Sequence record: NC_054917.1
DNA from: Escherichia phage vB_EcoM_G50
Reading direction: 5' to 3' (one strand)
Length of the DNA stretch: 64,000 nucleotides
Positions 1 to 9,203 of the stretch are shown here, piece after piece. A program made the translations under genes and the position numbers. The notes under the pieces are model-generated. The model was not told the origin of the DNA. It saw only the letters and a program-made list of their open reading frames with translations, and did not search any database. Every line of letters begins with the position of its first letter. The stretch's first letter is position 1.

Positions 1-173
1 ATGCATTCCTAAGCATAAATTCAGTAACTATATGCTCTTCATTAGAAAAATTATTTCTCAGAATATATCGTTTTATTTCAGGAATAGTTAATAGATGCTG
101 TCCAGTTGAATATTCCATGTTTTTCCTCCATAGAGATTATACTCTAATAAATTAAAGCATAATCTCTTATAAA

Positions 174-1856
174 TTAAACCATTACAGTAAATCGACCAAC
201 TTTCTTCATTTGAAGATGCTGACCGTATGCTTGCGGGTCATGGTCTCTATGTGAAATAACAAAAACGTTAGTATTTTTTAAACTATCTAAAATAGTTGAA
301 ATAGCTTTTACACCTTCAACGTCGGTCGCTGAATCAAAAACTTCATCAAGAATTAGTGTGTTTATTTTAACACCTGAAACTTTTTCAGCAATATCACGCC
401 AAGTAAATAAAAGAGCAATATCAATTCGCGCTTTTTCACCTTGACTGAATGAAGCATAACTAAAATCTTCACGACCACGGGATTTAATTGTCTCATTAAA
501 TTCTTCATCTAATGTAAACACATAATCCGCTTCCATTATTTTAAGATAATGGTTAATCTGCTTATTAAATAATGGAATGTACTTTTTAATAATAGCACCT
601 TTAATACCAGAATCTTTGAGCATATCAGTCAAAATTCCTCGGTGGTATTTTTCCATTACTAAATTAGTTTTTGTCTTAACAATTTTATCAAGTTCTTCTT
701 GAAGCAGTGCTATTTCATCAGCATGGTCAATAAACTCAGAAGATGCTTTTTCTATAGCTGCTTTAACTTTTTTAGCTTTATCTACTGTCGTGATTAGAGA
801 TTGCTTTTTATTGCGAATATCATTTGCCAACGACTGCTGGGTTTTAATATTATCTCGGTATTCATCAACAAGAACTTTTAAATTATCACGATGTGTTGAA
901 AGCTGTTCAAACGAATGCGTGCATTCAGAAACTTTATCTTTAATTTTAGAAACAACTTTATCACCGGAACTTAATTGTGACAAGCAGGTTGGACATAATC
1001 CACCTTCGTGATACATATTAATGACTTTATTATACGAGTCAATTTTTGATTTAATTAAAACTGCTTCTTGACCGATTTTATTAAATGCATCAGTCGGGTC
1101 TTCATCTAAAACAATATTAACTAATCTTTCATTAGCTTCTTCTATTTCCGATTTTAGCGTTCTAGCTTCTTTTGCCAAATCATCATACATATTTTGAAGA
1201 CGAGTAAGGTTGTCACCCGTTAATTTTTTCTGGCGTTCAACGTTATCATTATATATTTTAATTTGTTGGATAATACTATCTTTTTTAACATCAAGCACTT
1301 GGTTTTGTGAATTTAATTCACGTATTAGTGCTTTATTAAGCTTATCCATTTCAGCTAATGTTCCTACCTCAAGCAGGTCTTCCACAAGCTTTCTTCGTGC
1401 AGGGGTCGACAAACCCATGAAAGGGGTATACCCTGCTGTACCAAGGACAACAATCTGCTTGAAACTGGCATATGACATTCCGATAAGCTGTTCAAATTCT
1501 GCTTGGAAATCTTTACTGCTGGCAGATTCATTAAGACGTGTACCGTTAACGGTGATTTCAAAAACGTTCGGTTTTTGTCCTCTTTTGATATAGTACTTTT
1601 TCTCATCATATTCCATCCACAGTTCAACTAAAAGTTCTTTCTTATTTGTGCTGTTTATTAATTGACCTTTCTTTACATCACGGAATGGCTTGCCAAAAAG
1701 CCCAAATGTGATGGCTTCTAACATAGTAGACTTACCACCGCCATTTCGTCCAGTAATAAGAGTTTTTTGAACCTTATCTAATTGAATGTCAATAGGATTT
1801 CCACCTACTGACATTATATTTTGATACCTAACTCGGTTTAGTTTAAAATTCTTCAC
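174..1856 (-). CDS. 46: Recombination endonuclease subunit gp46 (SbcC/Rad50-like ATPase)
   Basis: 560 aa; N-terminal Walker A GRNGGGKST; long central coiled-coil; gene order 46-47 next to a-gt as in T4. Confidence 0.93.
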   Translation of the reverse strand: MKNFKLNRVRYQNIMSVGGNPIDIQLDKVQKTLITGRNGGGKSTMLEAITFGLFGKPFRDVKKGQLINSTNKKELLVELWMEYDEKKYYIKRGQKPNVFEITVNGTRLNESASSKDFQAEFEQLIGMSYASFKQIVVLGTAGYTPFMGLSTPARRKLVEDLLEVGTLAEMDKLNKALIRELNSQNQVLDVKKDSIIQQIKIYNDNVERQKKLTGDNLTRLQNMYDDLAKEARTLKSEIEEANERLVNIVLDEDPTDAFNKIGQEAVLIKSKIDSYNKVINMYHEGGLCPTCLSQLSSGDKVVSKIKDKVSECTHSFEQLSTHRDNLKVLVDEYRDNIKTQQSLANDIRNKKQSLITTVDKAKKVKAAIEKASSEFIDHADEIALLQEELDKIVKTKTNLVMEKYHRGILTDMLKDSGIKGAIIKKYIPLFNKQINHYLKIMEADYVFTLDEEFNETIKSRGREDFSYASFSQGEKARIDIALLFTWRDIAEKVSGVKINTLILDEVFDSATDVEGVKAISTILDSLKNTNVFVISHRDHDPQAYGQHLQMKKVGRFTVMV

Positions 1857-2116
1857 AAAAGATTCCTTTTAATGTATCTTTTAGACCATTCTATCATATC
1901 ATCATAATCTAAAAAGTATTCATCAAATTCAGCCATGCAAACAACACCTTGTGCTGTTTTTGATGTGATATAAATTATTCCAACATATCTAGAATCTTCT
2001 TCGGTATAATCAATGTTTGCTATGAATTCATCATTAATGTCAAATGTCGAAAACTTCACAGTATGCATCCTTAATACAAGATACAGCCATATCTTGTAAT
2101 GATTTAGGTGTGTCAT
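1853..2116 (-). CDS. Hypothetical small protein (46.1-like position)
   Basis: 87-aa ORF between 46 and 47; overlaps next ORF in another frame so the start is uncertain. Confidence 0.45.
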   Translation of the reverse strand: MTHLNHYKIWLYLVLRMHTVKFSTFDINDEFIANIDYTEEDSRYVGIIYITSKTAQGVVCMAEFDEYFLDYDDMIEWSKRYIKRNLL

Positions 2117-2303
2117 TATCTAAAATGTTGAAGTTAAAAGATACAGCCCAGTCAGTGCAGACTGTAACCTTTTTAATACAATTATCTTCAACCTCTAACG
2201 GTTCAAACCAATATTCAATAATTTCTTTATGCCCAATATTATCTTTTACTTCGCATTCAAAATGCTGACTCATCATAACATTTTTAAATTCATCAAAAGT
2301 CAT
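2040..2303 (-). CDS. Hypothetical small protein (46.2-like position)
   Basis: 87-aa ORF; 4-nt overlap with gene 47 stop suggests translational coupling. Confidence 0.5.
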   Translation of the reverse strand: MTFDEFKNVMMSQHFECEVKDNIGHKEIIEYWFEPLEVEDNCIKKVTVCTDWAVSFNFNILDNDTPKSLQDMAVSCIKDAYCEVFDI

Positions 2304-3319
2304 TGTGTTGCCTCTACATATAACTGATTTGCATATTGAATAAGTGCTTCACGGTCAGAATCAGTGATGTCTGGAATTGCATTAATGTATTCTTCCATCA
2401 ACGTCTGAAGAGATTGAACTTCAACTTCTTCACTTTCATCTGACTCGACAGAGTTATCAATTTTTGACACAACTCGTAATGAATGCACAACTTTTTCTAG
2501 TTCAGATTCGAACTTCGTTAGATTTTTGTCTACTTCAGTTACTATAACACGTACTGATAGATTTGTAAAATCTTTATAGTCAATTTTTCCTTTAAATGGA
2601 TAATGAATTCTACGATGCCAGGTAGTATTGTTTGGAATAAATTCCATTCGTTCTGTTTCTGTATCAAACATCCAGAACCCACGAGGGTCATTCTCGTCAC
2701 CTGCAGTTAGTGTCCATGGTGTCCCAATATATCTGACGTTAGCAGCCTCAGAAATAGTATGGAAGTGACCAGACCACACTTCTTTATAAGTCTTAAGGAA
2801 ATCAGGTTCAAGACCGTGAGATTTCATTCCTTTATAAAAATAAAATCCATTCAGTTCCCAGTGACCAACACAAAAAGAAGCAGATGAAGTTTTGATGTGT
2901 TCAAGAATTTCACCAGTATTTTCTTCGCACATCCAAGGAATCAAATCAATCAAACACCCGTCAAAATCTACCGTAGTAGGCTTATCATATACTTTAACAT
3001 TAGGATATTTAGCCAAAAGCTCAGTAGAGGCATTTGGAGTTAAAGTATTTTTAAAGTGCATATCATGGTTTCCTACAACAGTATGTAGGGTAATACCAGC
3101 ATCATCAAGCATTTGAACTATTTCACGAGCGAACTCCATAGTTTTATGCGTGATTGCTTTTCGCACATCAAAAATATCACCGTATTGAATCCATGTAGTA
3201 ATTCCATTTTTCTTAGAATATTCTATTGCTTGTTTAATTCCATCCAACTGAATAGATTGAACCCACTCATCATCAGCTTTAACGCCTAAATGCCAATCAC
3301 CTAAATTTAAAATTTTCAT
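2300..3319 (-). CDS. 47: Recombination endonuclease subunit gp47 (SbcD/Mre11-like phosphoesterase)
   Basis: 339 aa; calcineurin-like phosphoesterase motifs DWHLG and GNHD; adjacent to 46. Confidence 0.93.
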   Translation of the reverse strand: MKILNLGDWHLGVKADDEWVQSIQLDGIKQAIEYSKKNGITTWIQYGDIFDVRKAITHKTMEFAREIVQMLDDAGITLHTVVGNHDMHFKNTLTPNASTELLAKYPNVKVYDKPTTVDFDGCLIDLIPWMCEENTGEILEHIKTSSASFCVGHWELNGFYFYKGMKSHGLEPDFLKTYKEVWSGHFHTISEAANVRYIGTPWTLTAGDENDPRGFWMFDTETERMEFIPNNTTWHRRIHYPFKGKIDYKDFTNLSVRVIVTEVDKNLTKFESELEKVVHSLRVVSKIDNSVESDESEEVEVQSLQTLMEEYINAIPDITDSDREALIQYANQLYVEATQ

Positions 3320-3478
3320 ATATCAAGAACCGTCATTGAAATGCAAAATAAAATTATTGAAATAAATCCATCTGGAGTGCTAAAGAACCCAATCCAACAT
3401 GCTCTAGTGAATAGATAAAATGCAAGAAAAAGTATCACATATCCAAGAAATATCATTATATCAAACTCCGTATAAAGC

Positions 3479-3498
3479 TAAAGGGCCGAAGCCCTTTA
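3479..3498 (-). terminator. Stem-loop (GGGC-UUCG-GCCC tetraloop hairpin) at the 3' end of a-gt
   Basis: Inverted repeat aaagggc/gcccttt with 4-nt loop, overlapping the a-gt stop codon; modest U-rich tail on the minus strand. Confidence 0.4.
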
Positions 3499-4698
3499 TT
3501 TTGTAATAATGTCAAACTGTTCTTTAAAGCAGAAGCTTGAATCTTGATGCTGATACAAAAATTCATATGCTTTTTCTCGCTCACGGTCATAAAGAGCTCG
3601 GTCAGATGACAGTTCTTTAATACGTTCAAATGTTGATTCCATATCATTTTCATCAAACCAAATGATACCGCTATCATGCGAGGTCAAAGGAGTATTATCA
3701 ACACGGAATTTTAAATTTTCGCCAGTAGATTTCCAAAATACCGGAATTGTTCCACATGCACCAAGCTCGAGATGAGTATATTCTAAAGAACGTTGTAGAT
3801 ATTTTTTATCCAACTTACTCAACTGATAACCAAATCCGGATTTACTCATACGTTCAAGCATTTCGCTATTTACATAACGGTCAAGAATTTGCGTTGGCAA
3901 ATTAGGAGCAATTTTAATTTGGTCTACTTGATGAAGACGATAATATTCATATGGAATTCCCTTTTCTTTAATAGGAATGAACGCTGGAGAACGTTCCAGA
4001 CCTTCCATAATAGTACTTAGTCCTGCAGGTTTAAGATGTTTTTCGTGAAAATCAAACATCTGATAAAAACCTTTCCATGTAGTCGTACGACCAATCCAAC
4101 GGTTGATATTCATGTTAATTTCAGAAACATCTTTCCAGTAGGTTGATCGAACCTTCGCAATATCCATCGGAGGTTGAAAGTTATATACTGTCGGTGCTTC
4201 TTCAATATCATCAAACAGAGAAACAGTTTCTGGATACCATTCTTTCATCAGAACTTTATTAAAATCACCATTATCAGAATGGCTAAAAATAACATCAGCT
4301 CGACGAACAGTTTCTTCTAATCCCAAATTTCGACGCAAAGAAAGAGAAGAATGGTCATGCTGATAAACTATAACACGAACCGAAGGTTTAATGTTATCAA
4401 TAATTTTTTTATAGTTATTAATAGTGTCTTCTTCAACTGAAGTAGCAGGAACTGAATTGATAATTAGAATATCACAATCATTTACCAGCTTAAGTGTTTT
4501 ATCGTATTCTTTTGCCAATAAAACCGGAATTGAAAATGATTTATAATCATGTGCACAGTTACGAGTAAATGATTTATCTTTAGCATAAACCAAAGTTACT
4601 TCATGACCATTTTTAATAAACCAATCACGTTGCTCAAGAGAAAATTTAGTTACACCGCAACCTTCAAGACCTCGAGCCATAAAAATACATACTTTCAT
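3496..4698 (-). CDS. a-gt: DNA alpha-glucosyltransferase
   Basis: 400 aa, the length of T4 a-gt; N-terminus MKVCIFMARGLEGCGVTKF resembles T4 a-gt as recalled; position between 47 and 55. Confidence 0.85.
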   Translation of the reverse strand: MKVCIFMARGLEGCGVTKFSLEQRDWFIKNGHEVTLVYAKDKSFTRNCAHDYKSFSIPVLLAKEYDKTLKLVNDCDILIINSVPATSVEEDTINNYKKIIDNIKPSVRVIVYQHDHSSLSLRRNLGLEETVRRADVIFSHSDNGDFNKVLMKEWYPETVSLFDDIEEAPTVYNFQPPMDIAKVRSTYWKDVSEINMNINRWIGRTTTWKGFYQMFDFHEKHLKPAGLSTIMEGLERSPAFIPIKEKGIPYEYYRLHQVDQIKIAPNLPTQILDRYVNSEMLERMSKSGFGYQLSKLDKKYLQRSLEYTHLELGACGTIPVFWKSTGENLKFRVDNTPLTSHDSGIIWFDENDMESTFERIKELSSDRALYDREREKAYEFLYQHQDSSFCFKEQFDIITK

Positions 4699-4764
4699 TT
4701 AATATCCTCTTTGTTTTGGTTTATTTTACTAAAAATTTATAAAGCAATATAGGAGCCGAAGCTC

Positions 4765-4938
4765 CTATCCACATAATACGCCATACAGAGGCTCATTAGA
4801 ACTTTTAAATTTTATGCGCTTATATGTTATAGTTCCTTCTGCTTTAGCTTTATCATGAGACTCTTTAAAGCGTCTCATCATTTCCTCTTTAGAGGAACGA
4901 ATTTTATTATAATCTATTTCAGAAGTCTGGGTGTTCAT
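4765..4938 (-). CDS. Hypothetical 57-aa protein (below the ORF-track size cutoff)
   Basis: Manual translation MNTQTSEIDYNKIRSS...; ATG start, followed by a GC hairpin. Confidence 0.3.
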   Translation of the reverse strand: MNTQTSEIDYNKIRSSKEEMMRRFKESHDKAKAEGTITYKRIKFKSSNEPLYGVLCG

Positions 4939-4941
4939 CTT

Positions 4942-5148
4942 TCATAACTGCCACCATTTTTTGACTTGATAAGAATCAACCCACACTTTCATATTAGGGT
5001 CTGCTCTTACAATAGGAGGATTAACTTCTTTAATTGAACTATCATGGTATTCTTTTTCAGAAATTTTCACACAAAGATGACCATTCAAAGATTCAGTAAA
5101 TCCTGCATTAATTTTAAGACGCTTGAATTTTACGTGTGTAAGCATCAA
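4942..5148 (-). CDS. Hypothetical protein
   Basis: 68-aa ORF in the a-gt to 55 interval. Confidence 0.45.
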   Translation of the reverse strand: MMLTHVKFKRLKINAGFTESLNGHLCVKISEKEYHDSSIKEVNPPIVRADPNMKVWVDSYQVKKWWQL

Positions 5149-5431
5149 TCATATCCTCAATCTGCGATCTAGTAGTCTTCCAAAGAATACTAATGAGTTC
5201 ATCGTTATATGGCTGTTTTAGAATATCCCGACTTTTCTTGATAGCATATTCGTATTGAGCAAAATTATTGTTTTCAGCTGCAATCTGAGCGTGTTTATAA
5301 AGACGGTTCAGTTCGCGTTTATTTTTAGACAATAACTTATTTGCTTTTCTTTCTGCTTCAAGACGGTTCTTTTCTTCAATAGAAGAAATAAGCTTTTCCA
5401 CTTCATCATTAATTTCGGGTTTATCAGTCAT
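5114..5431 (-). CDS. Hypothetical protein, predicted coiled-coil
   Basis: 105-aa ORF, charged and helical (EEKNRLEAERKANKLLSKNKRELNRLYK). Confidence 0.5.
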   Translation of the reverse strand: MTDKPEINDEVEKLISSIEEKNRLEAERKANKLLSKNKRELNRLYKHAQIAAENNNFAQYEYAIKKSRDILKQPYNDELISILWKTTRSQIEDMIDAYTRKIQAS

Positions 5432-5432
5432 A

Positions 5433-5651
5433 TTATTTCTCTAATATAAAATAAAAATCATCATCTGTTAAATGATACCGATAGTTTAATTCTACACCAT
5501 TAGATTTAAAAGCGGTATCATACGGATTTTCTGGATCAATATCAATGTCAAGAGCTAAAACTTCCCTGAGATACATTTTAAGTAAATAGGGAATAGCTTC
5601 AACTTCAGGTATTTCTTCCAAGAATCCGGAGAGGTTAATCGTTAGCCTCAT
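5433..5651 (-). CDS. Hypothetical protein
   Basis: 72-aa ORF; stop adjacent to the previous start; overlaps the 3' end of gene 55. Confidence 0.5.
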
Positions 5652-6192
5652 ATAAAAAATCCAAACTAGGAGAATCGTCTACAACACTTTTCTTTTCAGC
5701 CCCCGGTGTTCTATAGGTTGATTCTTCGTAATGCGTCATTTTATCGTAGATGTCTTGAATAAAAGTTTCATCTACTAACGCAACCATATCGTCGTCACGA
5801 CTGTCATAGACATTGTGAACGAAGTAACTGTATTTCTTTGCAACTTCCTTACGTTCTTTTTTAATACGCTGGACGAATGCATTAAAACAAGCTTGAGTTA
5901 TATACGCATGTGGGTTTTTATATTTCGTTTCATCAAAATTATGAAGCCCCTTAATAGAAGCTTCTATACCATCTGCAATCATTTCTTGTTTCCAAGACTG
6001 GGTGTATCCTGAAAAGTTGAAACGTTTAGATAAGCCTTCTGCAATAAGCATAATGGCTAATCCAATAGTATCATTTTGACGAACTACTTTATTTGGGTCT
6101 TTATTATTTGCTAATTCTGTTTTCCAATCAATAATAGCTTGTAAAAGCTCTTTATTGTTTACGTAATTATATTTAGGCTTAGTTTCTGACAT
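5635..6192 (-). CDS. 55: Late-transcription sigma factor gp55
   Basis: Sequence from [23 protein letters not shown] matches T4 gp55 as recalled; start placed at the third codon of the track ORF to give 185 aa. Confidence 0.9.
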
Positions 6193-6270
6193 TTTCACCT
6201 CTTAGCTCAATTCATAGATCTATTATATCATAATATTTGAAGATCTATCTTAAAGCATAGAGGATATCAG

Positions 6271-6540
6271 TTATCTAAGTAAACAGTATGCTTGGAATAC
6301 TTTTTCCATCATCTTTTTAAATTCATGAATATCTATATAATGACTAGTTAAATCAGCATGATATAAAAAGTCTAAAAACTTTTCATGTGTACTAACATAT
6401 TCACTTTCATTTAATTCAGAAACATGACTTTCCCAATATCCAACACCAGTTTTATTTGGGAAAAATGAAATTTTCATGTATTGGTCAACATAGAAAATGC
6501 CATAATTTTCAATAGTAATAGAAATATTAATAAATTTCAT
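6271..6540 (-). CDS. Hypothetical protein
   Basis: 89-aa ORF; 4-nt overlap with the upstream ORF. Confidence 0.5.
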   Translation of the reverse strand: MKFINISITIENYGIFYVDQYMKISFFPNKTGVGYWESHVSELNESEYVSTHEKFLDFLYHADLTSHYIDIHEFKKMMEKVFQAYCLLR

Positions 6541-6752
6541 ACATTCATCAACTTAGCCGCTTCAAGAGCTGCATCTAGTGAATCAAATTGGTCAACATAT
6601 TCAATCAATTCGCCATAATTGGCATATAACCACCATTGGCTAAATTCATACTCAAGGATGAATCCATTTCCTTCAATTTGAGTTAAACCATTGCCGTTTG
6701 TATTTACTTCATATCCGGCAAGACGCAAATCGTTAATAAGAGCTTCGTTCAT
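6537..6752 (-). CDS. Hypothetical acidic protein
   Basis: 71-aa ORF in a tightly packed series. Confidence 0.5.
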   Translation of the reverse strand: MNEALINDLRLAGYEVNTNGNGLTQIEGNGFILEYEFSQWWLYANYGELIEYVDQFDSLDAALEAAKLMNV

Positions 6753-6754
6753 AA

Positions 6755-7081
6755 TTATACCTTAGTAATTTTCAGGTCTGCAAATTTTTTCTTGCGTTGA
6801 TTTTTCATGCGACGAATAGTTTTATCGGAAATTTCATGCTTTTGATAAGCTTTAGATTCTACACCAAAAGCTTTAACATCAAATTCTGACAAGATATATT
6901 GAACCAACAATTCACGGACAGTATTGCGTCCAATCTTCTGATCATTCTGTTTCATCGTCTGATGAAGCTCTTTTTCCCATTTATCCAAAATTTGAGGAGT
7001 TACAATATCGCCTTTTTCTAGCAAAGAAACTACTTTATCATATGCGTAAGAATTAATGACGTTTTTAATTTGAATAGTCAT
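6755..7081 (-). CDS. Hypothetical protein
   Basis: 108-aa ORF, basic C-terminus. Confidence 0.5.
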   Translation of the reverse strand: MTIQIKNVINSYAYDKVVSLLEKGDIVTPQILDKWEKELHQTMKQNDQKIGRNTVRELLVQYILSEFDVKAFGVESKAYQKHEISDKTIRRMKNQRKKKFADLKITKV

Positions 7082-7111
7082 ACATTATCCTCAATTACGT
7101 TAAAATTTTAT

Positions 7112-7135
7112 TATCCAAAAAGGGCCGAAGCCCTT
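7112..7135 (-). terminator. Putative intrinsic terminator (GGGC-UUCG-GCCC hairpin plus U-run)
   Basis: Plus strand aaaaagggccgaagccctt; on the minus strand the hairpin is followed by UUUUU. Confidence 0.5.
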
Positions 7136-7334
7136 AGCTAAACTGTTTGGCACCCTTCCAGCCTTCGTACATCATTGCGACTGATATTAATATTGCTCCT
7201 GCGCATTTTGAATATTTGTGATTCCAAAACCAGTTCAGAAAAACTTCGTCATCAATACCCTGGGCTATCATATTTTCAAAGAACTGGCGACGAGCTTCAG
7301 CAATTCGTTGCGATAATTTAGATTCAGGATTCAT
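7134..7334 (-). CDS. Hypothetical protein
   Basis: 66-aa ORF. Confidence 0.45.
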   Translation of the reverse strand: MNPESKLSQRIAEARRQFFENMIAQGIDDEVFLNWFWNHKYSKCAGAILISVAMMYEGWKGAKQFS

Positions 7335-7550
7335 TTAAATTTTCCAATTACCATTTTCATCAATAAATTTAATCCAGTCATTTACTGACCACTTGGTCGT
7401 ATCGCCTTTTGGAGCAACATTTAAAGTATATAATCCCTGTTTAAAAAGCATGCGTTTGATATTCATATTTTCCTCAGCTGTAACGATAGCACTCGTTTGA
7501 TTTACGCTTAGCAACTCGTTGAGAAGTATTGTAATCAAAATCATCGTCAA
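7335..7550 (-). CDS. Hypothetical protein (start uncertain)
   Basis: 71-aa track ORF; the N-terminal part overlaps the upstream ORF, so the true start may be an internal ATG. Confidence 0.35.
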   Translation of the reverse strand: MTMILITILLNELLSVNQTSAIVTAEENMNIKRMLFKQGLYTLNVAPKGDTTKWSVNDWIKFIDENGNWKI

Positions 7551-7767
7551 TGTAAACTGATTTTTTCAACTTTCTTACTTCACCACGTAATTGACGATTT
7601 AACTCATCTTTAACTTCTGAATCAATGCCTTTCATTCTACGCCATTTATCTGAGCGAAAAATGTTTTCAACCATATCTTTATGACTTACACCATCAGGAG
7701 CTTTACGCTTTCCGAAATAGTCATAATCACGTACTTTTAAATCTTTACGACGATACGTTTTACCCAT
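7474..7767 (-). CDS. Hypothetical basic protein
   Basis: Track ORF shortened to internal start MGKTYRRKDLK; Lys/Arg-rich. Confidence 0.45.
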   Translation of the reverse strand: MGKTYRRKDLKVRDYDYFGKRKAPDGVSHKDMVENIFRSDKWRRMKGIDSEVKDELNRQLRGEVRKLKKSVYIDDDFDYNTSQRVAKRKSNECYRYS

Positions 7768-7935
7768 GGAGTTTAATTTCCTTAGCAACTGAACTAAATA
7801 CAGCACGATCGCAAATCATCTGTTTATTCCATTTAAGTACAGTATAATGAACATCTAGATCATCTACTGCTGTAACAATAACAATATGTCCGTTAACACG
7901 ATAATACTGATCCTTTTTAATCTCTTTATCAACCA
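7760..7935 (-). CDS. Hypothetical 58-aa protein (below the ORF-track cutoff)
   Basis: Manual translation MVDKEIKKDQYYRVNGHIVIV...; downstream of an early-promoter-like motif. Confidence 0.3.
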
Positions 7936-7965
7936 TATCAAATCCTCAAAGGTAATTCATATGTT

Positions 7966-7995
7966 AATAATACCACGGTTTGAACTTGTTGTAAA
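7966..7995 (-). promoter_or_regulatory. T4-type early (sigma70-like) promoter: -35 GTTTAC, 18-nt spacer, -10 TATTAT
   Basis: Minus-strand GTTGTTTAC...TATTAT; shares the recurring motif cacaaagttgtttac seen at other sites. Confidence 0.5.
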
Positions 7996-8065
7996 CAACT
8001 TTGTGAAAATTATTTTAGGGAATGATAAGAAGGGAACGATAGCTTAGAATGGTAATATACAGAAT

Positions 8066-8091
8066 GTAAGAAAGAAAGGCCCAGAGGGCCC
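8066..8091 (-). terminator. Putative intrinsic terminator after nrdH
   Basis: GC hairpin ggccc-aga-gggcc immediately after the nrdH stop, followed by a U-rich stretch on the minus strand. Confidence 0.5.
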
Positions 8092-8094
8092 GTC

Positions 8095-8403
8095 TTAATC
8101 TTCTATGATATCTCTATCATATCCAAGTGAAATGAGAGTTTCTTTGAAGTGTTTAATGTTCTTTTGTCTAGAATCATTAATGAAAATGACTGGATAACGA
8201 ATGTTAAGAGATGTGAATCCAGCGCGTTTGGCAAGAGATACAATCAGTGGACGATCATACTCAATCTTACCATTATTTGTAAGAACTTTATAGAAAGTAA
8301 AAGGAGCATTGAGCTCCTTTAGAAGTTTTGTAACTGATTGACATCCAGGACAACGACCTACTTCATCTGGAATTCCATAGACTTCAATCTTATTTTGTTT
8401 CAC
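8095..8403 (-). CDS. nrdH: Glutaredoxin-like protein NrdH
   Basis: 102 aa; CxxC redox motif (GRCPGCQS) near the N-terminus; directly beside nrdG/nrdD. Confidence 0.75.
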   Translation of the reverse strand: MKQNKIEVYGIPDEVGRCPGCQSVTKLLKELNAPFTFYKVLTNNGKIEYDRPLIVSLAKRAGFTSLNIRYPVIFINDSRQKNIKHFKETLISLGYDRDIIED

Positions 8404-8405
8404 AA

Positions 8406-8642
8406 CTATTCCTTACTAAGAGCAGCATTCAGCTTGTTAGTAATTTTATCCAGACGCTCATTGAACTCACTAGAAGATAAGCCCTTTTCTGGAGAAATTA
8501 AACTAATCACGAAAAATACAACAATAAAAGGAATAAGGAAAATAGCTCCAACTGCCATAAACAGAAAGAATGTTACAGTTGTAAGAAAATCAGCTAAACC
8601 TTTACGAAATTTATACATATTTACCCTTAATTGATTAACCAA
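8406..8642 (-). CDS. Small membrane protein
   Basis: 78 aa with one strongly hydrophobic segment (FFLFMAVGAIFLIPFIVVFFVISLI). Confidence 0.5.
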   Translation of the reverse strand: MVNQLRVNMYKFRKGLADFLTTVTFFLFMAVGAIFLIPFIVVFFVISLISPEKGLSSSEFNERLDKITNKLNAALSKE

Positions 8643-8732
8643 GCATTGATAAGCACTAAACTATACTGCGAATAAAATTCTGGACCAAAATGAAAAATCA
8701 TATCATTTATAGTATCCATAATATAATTCAAT

Positions 8733-9203
8733 TTAATCATGTTTCCACACCCCATCGGTATTTGACCAAAGTCGCTGATTATCTGATCCTCGCCACAGCT
8801 TTTTGGTCGGAAGATTTTTCTCATACTTCCCATCAATAATAACATCAACATATTTAAGCATTTCTAGTTGTTTAATATCTTCAAATTTATATCCTGTCCA
8901 CAACCAAATGCTTTTATTGGGATAAAGATTTTTTACTGTTTGAACAATGCAATGAACAACATCTCGGTTATCAGGATAGAGAGGGTCTCCTCCAGTTATA
9001 GTTAATCCTTCTATATAATCATTATTCAAACATTCAATTAATTGTTCTAGTGTTTCACCAGTGAATGGAACGCCATTTCTAGCGTTCCATGTTGATTTAT
9101 TATAACACCCTTCACATTTATGCAAACAACCTGTAACGAAAAGAACGACCCTGCATCCAGGGCCATTCACAAAATCGCAAGGATAAAATCTATCATAATT
9201 CAT
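8733..9203 (-). CDS. nrdG: Anaerobic ribonucleotide reductase activating protein (radical SAM)
   Basis: 156 aa; Cys cluster CLHKCEGCYN consistent with a radical-SAM activase; 4-nt overlap with nrdD. Confidence 0.9.
   Translation of the reverse strand: MNYDRFYPCDFVNGPGCRVVLFVTGCLHKCEGCYNKSTWNARNGVPFTGETLEQLIECLNNDYIEGLTITGGDPLYPDNRDVVHCIVQTVKNLYPNKSIWLWTGYKFEDIKQLEMLKYVDVIIDGKYEKNLPTKKLWRGSDNQRLWSNTDGVWKHD

Noticed and set aside
790-1627. ORFs 790-1011 (+), 1210-1593 (+) and 1364-1627 (-) within gene 46
   Set aside because: Fully embedded antisense or out of frame in a well-supported 560-aa gene; low-complexity translations
8627-8851. 74-aa ORF overlapping the 3' end of nrdG
   Set aside because: Overlaps nrdG over most of its length in another frame; nrdG has the clear Cys-cluster signature
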